From assembly GCA_965215895.1 (NCBI GenBank), contig OZ244130.1, forward strand, positions 416,157-480,156: a DNA stretch of 64,000 nucleotides, in the 5' to 3' direction. The number at the start of each line of letters is the position of its first letter. Positions within the stretch are counted from its first letter, which is position 1. The notes beneath the pieces were generated by a model that was not told where the DNA came from, made no database searches, and saw only the letters and a list, made by a program, of their open reading frames with translations. Positions 62,165 to 64,000 of this stretch are shown here, piece by piece. The position numbers and the translations under genes are program-made. This stretch comes from Vicinamibacterales bacterium (GTDB lineage Bacteria; Acidobacteriota; Vicinamibacteria; Vicinamibacterales; UBA8438).

Positions 62165-62360
62165 CTGCGGCCGGGCGTTGTAGAGGTTCGTCAGCGTGCG
62201 CTTCTTGAGCGCCTTCGCCGCGTCCTCGTCGCGGGGAACCGGCCGCTTCGGATAGCCGGGAACCGGCTCGTCCACCCACTCGACCCATTCGGGCGGGTTC
62301 AGCCACCGGTCGCGCAACTCGACCAGCCGTTGAGCTTCCAGGGCTACAACCCGACACGCG
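62165..62360 (-). pseudogene. C-terminal remnant of a large SAM-dependent DNA methyltransferase (type IIG/BREX-PglX-like tail)
   Basis: The sequence ..ALEAQRLVELRDRWLNPPEWVEWVDEPVPGYPKRPVPRDEDAAKALKKRTLTNLYNARPQ matches the conserved LR..WLNPPEW...RTLTNLYN.RP tail. Homology stops at 62165, next to the IS end, and there is no upstream MTase body. Confidence 0.55.
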
Positions 62361-62586
62361 AGACGGTGACTGCCTGAGACTCGGGCCGGCGTGTCGGACG
62401 CCGCGCCCGGTGCAAGCACGCGCGGACTTGCACTTCGAAGATCTCCACGATCGTGTGCAAGGGCGACACTCAGGCCGTTCGGATTGACTGATTGCGCCGC
62501 ACCAGCCTGTGATCGCATCCCGGCGACCGATTCACAGCCCCAGTCACACACAGGGTCAACCGGCCGGCACGGGGAATCCCTTGATT

Positions 62587-64000
62587 CTACGGCAGCGCGA
62601 ACACGAACAGGTTGTTTCCCGCGCTCGGGCGCAGCTCCGGCGTCAGCCCGAGGAAGCCCGAGGCGGTGCCGGCCGAGCCGGTGCTGACCGCTACGTACTG
62701 GCGTCCGTCGACCGCGTAGCTGATCGGGAACCCGGTCACCGCCGAGCCGAGGTTGATCTCCCACAGGATCTCGCCCGTCTCCTGGTCGAACGCCCGGAAC
62801 CGCCCGTTCACGTCGCCCCCGAAGACCAGCCCGCCGCCGGTCGCCACCAGCGACATGGTGGCGGAGCGCTGCTCGTGGATCCAGCGGGTGGCGCCGGTCT
62901 CGGCCGAGATCGCCTGCACCGTGCCGACCTGGTCCGTGCCGGGCGCGATCTGGTTGCGGACGGCCAGCGCGTAGTGGCTGCCGGCGTCGCGCGAGGCGAG
63001 CATCCGGCCGCAGACGTTGCGCAGCGGCATGTACATCGTGTTGGTCAGCGGGCTGTAGGCGCCTGCCTCCCAGTCCTTGCCCCCGAACCAGCTCGGGCAC
63101 GCCAGCACTTCCTGGCCCTCGGCCGTGAAGACGAGCTCGCCGTTGGGGATGACCGCCCCGGTGGCGCCGTCGATGTCGGCGATGACGTTCTGGGTCACCG
63201 TCGGGGTGGCCCACAGGAACTCGCCGGTCTCCCGGTCCAGGGTATAGACGACCCCGGTCTTGCCGGGAATGCCGGTCACCACCTTCCGCGTCTCGCCGGC
63301 CGCGAGCCGCGGGTTGATCCAGCTCACCGCGGCGGGGTCGGGAGCCACCGCGGTGTCGACGAGCAGCCGCTCGAACGGGTGGTCGAGGTCCCAGTGGTCG
63401 TTCAGGTGCTGGTAGTACCAGACGATCTCGCCGGTGTCGGCGTCGAGGGCGAGGGTCGAGTTGTGGTACAGGTGCGTGTTCTCGATGCCGCCCCGCAGGA
63501 ACTTCGGCGCCGGCGAGGTGACGGAGGTGCCGACGAAGACGAGGTTCAGGTCGGAGTCGACGCTGGGGGCCGTCCACGACCCCACGTGCACGCGGTCCTC
63601 GTAGGGCACGTCGCCCCAGGTCTCGTCGCCCGGCTCGCCGGGGGCCGGCACCAGGCGCCGGCGCCACAGCTCCTCGCCGGTCTCCGCGTCGTGGGCCACG
63701 ATGACGCACGCCTCGGGTCCCGCCCACGGGCGGCAGCTGCGTCCCGAGAACGCCTTGCCGCCGGCGACGATCGGGCCCGACGAATGCCGGGCCGGATTCA
63801 CGGTGTAGTCGAGGATCTCGGTCTCCCAGACCAGCTCGCCGGAGCGGGTGTCGAGCGCGTAGATGTAGTCGTCGTTGCTCGTGTCGAGGATGCGGGTCCC
63901 GTGGATGGCGATGTTGCGGTTCACGCTGACCAGCCCGCGGATGTAGTCGTCGATGTCGTCGGGGAGGTCGCGGCGGTACTCCCAGCGGAGATCGCCGGTC
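62587..64000 (-). CDS. PQQ-dependent dehydrogenase (quinoprotein beta-propeller; 5' end outside window)
   Basis: The ORF is open to the window edge. Propeller repeats are seen (..YALDTRSGELVWE.., ..ALDADTGEIVWYYQH..D.WD.D, ..YTLDRETGEFLW, ..RAFDQETGEILWE..). Stop at 62587. Confidence 0.85.
   Translation of the reverse strand, partial: TGDLRWEYRRDLPDDIDDYIRGLVSVNRNIAIHGTRILDTSNDDYIYALDTRSGELVWETEILDYTVNPARHSSGPIVAGGKAFSGRSCRPWAGPEACVIVAHDAETGEELWRRRLVPAPGEPGDETWGDVPYEDRVHVGSWTAPSVDSDLNLVFVGTSVTSPAPKFLRGGIENTHLYHNSTLALDADTGEIVWYYQHLNDHWDLDHPFERLLVDTAVAPDPAAVSWINPRLAAGETRKVVTGIPGKTGVVYTLDRETGEFLWATPTVTQNVIADIDGATGAVIPNGELVFTAEGQEVLACPSWFGGKDWEAGAYSPLTNTMYMPLRNVCGRMLASRDAGSHYALAVRNQIAPGTDQVGTVQAISAETGATRWIHEQRSATMSLVATGGGLVFGGDVNGRFRAFDQETGEILWEINLGSAVTGFPISYAVDGRQYVAVSTGSAGTASGFLGLTPELRPSAGNNLFVFALP

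Noticed and set aside
1-64000. Search for tRNA, rRNA, tmRNA, reverse transcriptase (YxDD), Cas/TnpB-like nucleases or other known defence-system hallmarks
   Set aside because: I found no T-arm/anticodon-arm-like structures (for example GGTTCGAATCC-type motifs) and no rRNA-like segments. None of the ORF translations carry hallmark motifs of these families.

Overview
High-GC bacterial chromosomal segment, roughly two-thirds or more G+C by eye, densely coding on both strands. I can support about 45 intact protein genes, about 10 gene remnants and several repeat families. I found no rRNA, tRNA or CRISPR array.

Content is dominated by exported or envelope proteins:
- DUF3179 protein, tannase-family esterase, two Tat-signal PLP enzymes and a B3 metallo-beta-lactamase.
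- A Tat-signal ICL/PEP-mutase-family enzyme, FabV and a Sel1 lipoprotein in one operon.
- A cytochrome c/PHM-like monooxygenase, an ECF sigma/anti-sigma/LTXXQ triad and a TacA/TacT-type toxin-antitoxin pair.
- A DUF1592-DUF1552-ankyrin-FNR operon, PEGA, OsmC, CNNM, HflKC, GluRS+GlnRS, YfcC and a TlpA-like protein.
- An outer-membrane factor plus adaptor pair, a cytochrome b cluster, a large CarboxypepD_reg/TonB-dependent receptor and a PQQ dehydrogenase.

The repertoire (DUF1592/DUF1552, CarboxypepD_reg-type TBDR, many Tat-exported enzymes) resembles Acidobacteriota, Gemmatimonadota or Planctomycetota-type genomes. That is inference only.

A second theme is decay and rearrangement:
- An IS3 remnant, a GH4 gene split by a 101-bp insertion with 12-bp direct repeats, and truncated SSS-transporter and serine-beta-lactamase fragments abutting each other.
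- An ABC ATPase with internal deletions and a PQQ-dehydrogenase fragment.
- An AT-richer island at about 56.2-62.4 kb with a degraded ISKra4-like element, a transposase fragment and a DNA-methyltransferase tail. In it, 117-bp direct repeats flank the TBDR gene.

No recognisable complete novel multi-gene system such as a defence system stands out. The most unusual items are:
1. An orphan, AT-richer wHTH-GHKL-STAS(DUF4325-like) gene with its own strong promoter and repeats.
2. An OMF plus adaptor pair that lacks any inner-membrane pump, with the adaptor fused to a long Pro/Ala linker and two TolB-N/COG5616-like domains.
3. Normally cytoplasmic enzyme families carrying twin-arginine leaders.
4. 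A cytochrome b / unknown / 'YEYACHEGN' secreted-protein cluster.
5. The IS-flanked TBDR.

All functional calls rest on motif recognition by eye. No database search was run.
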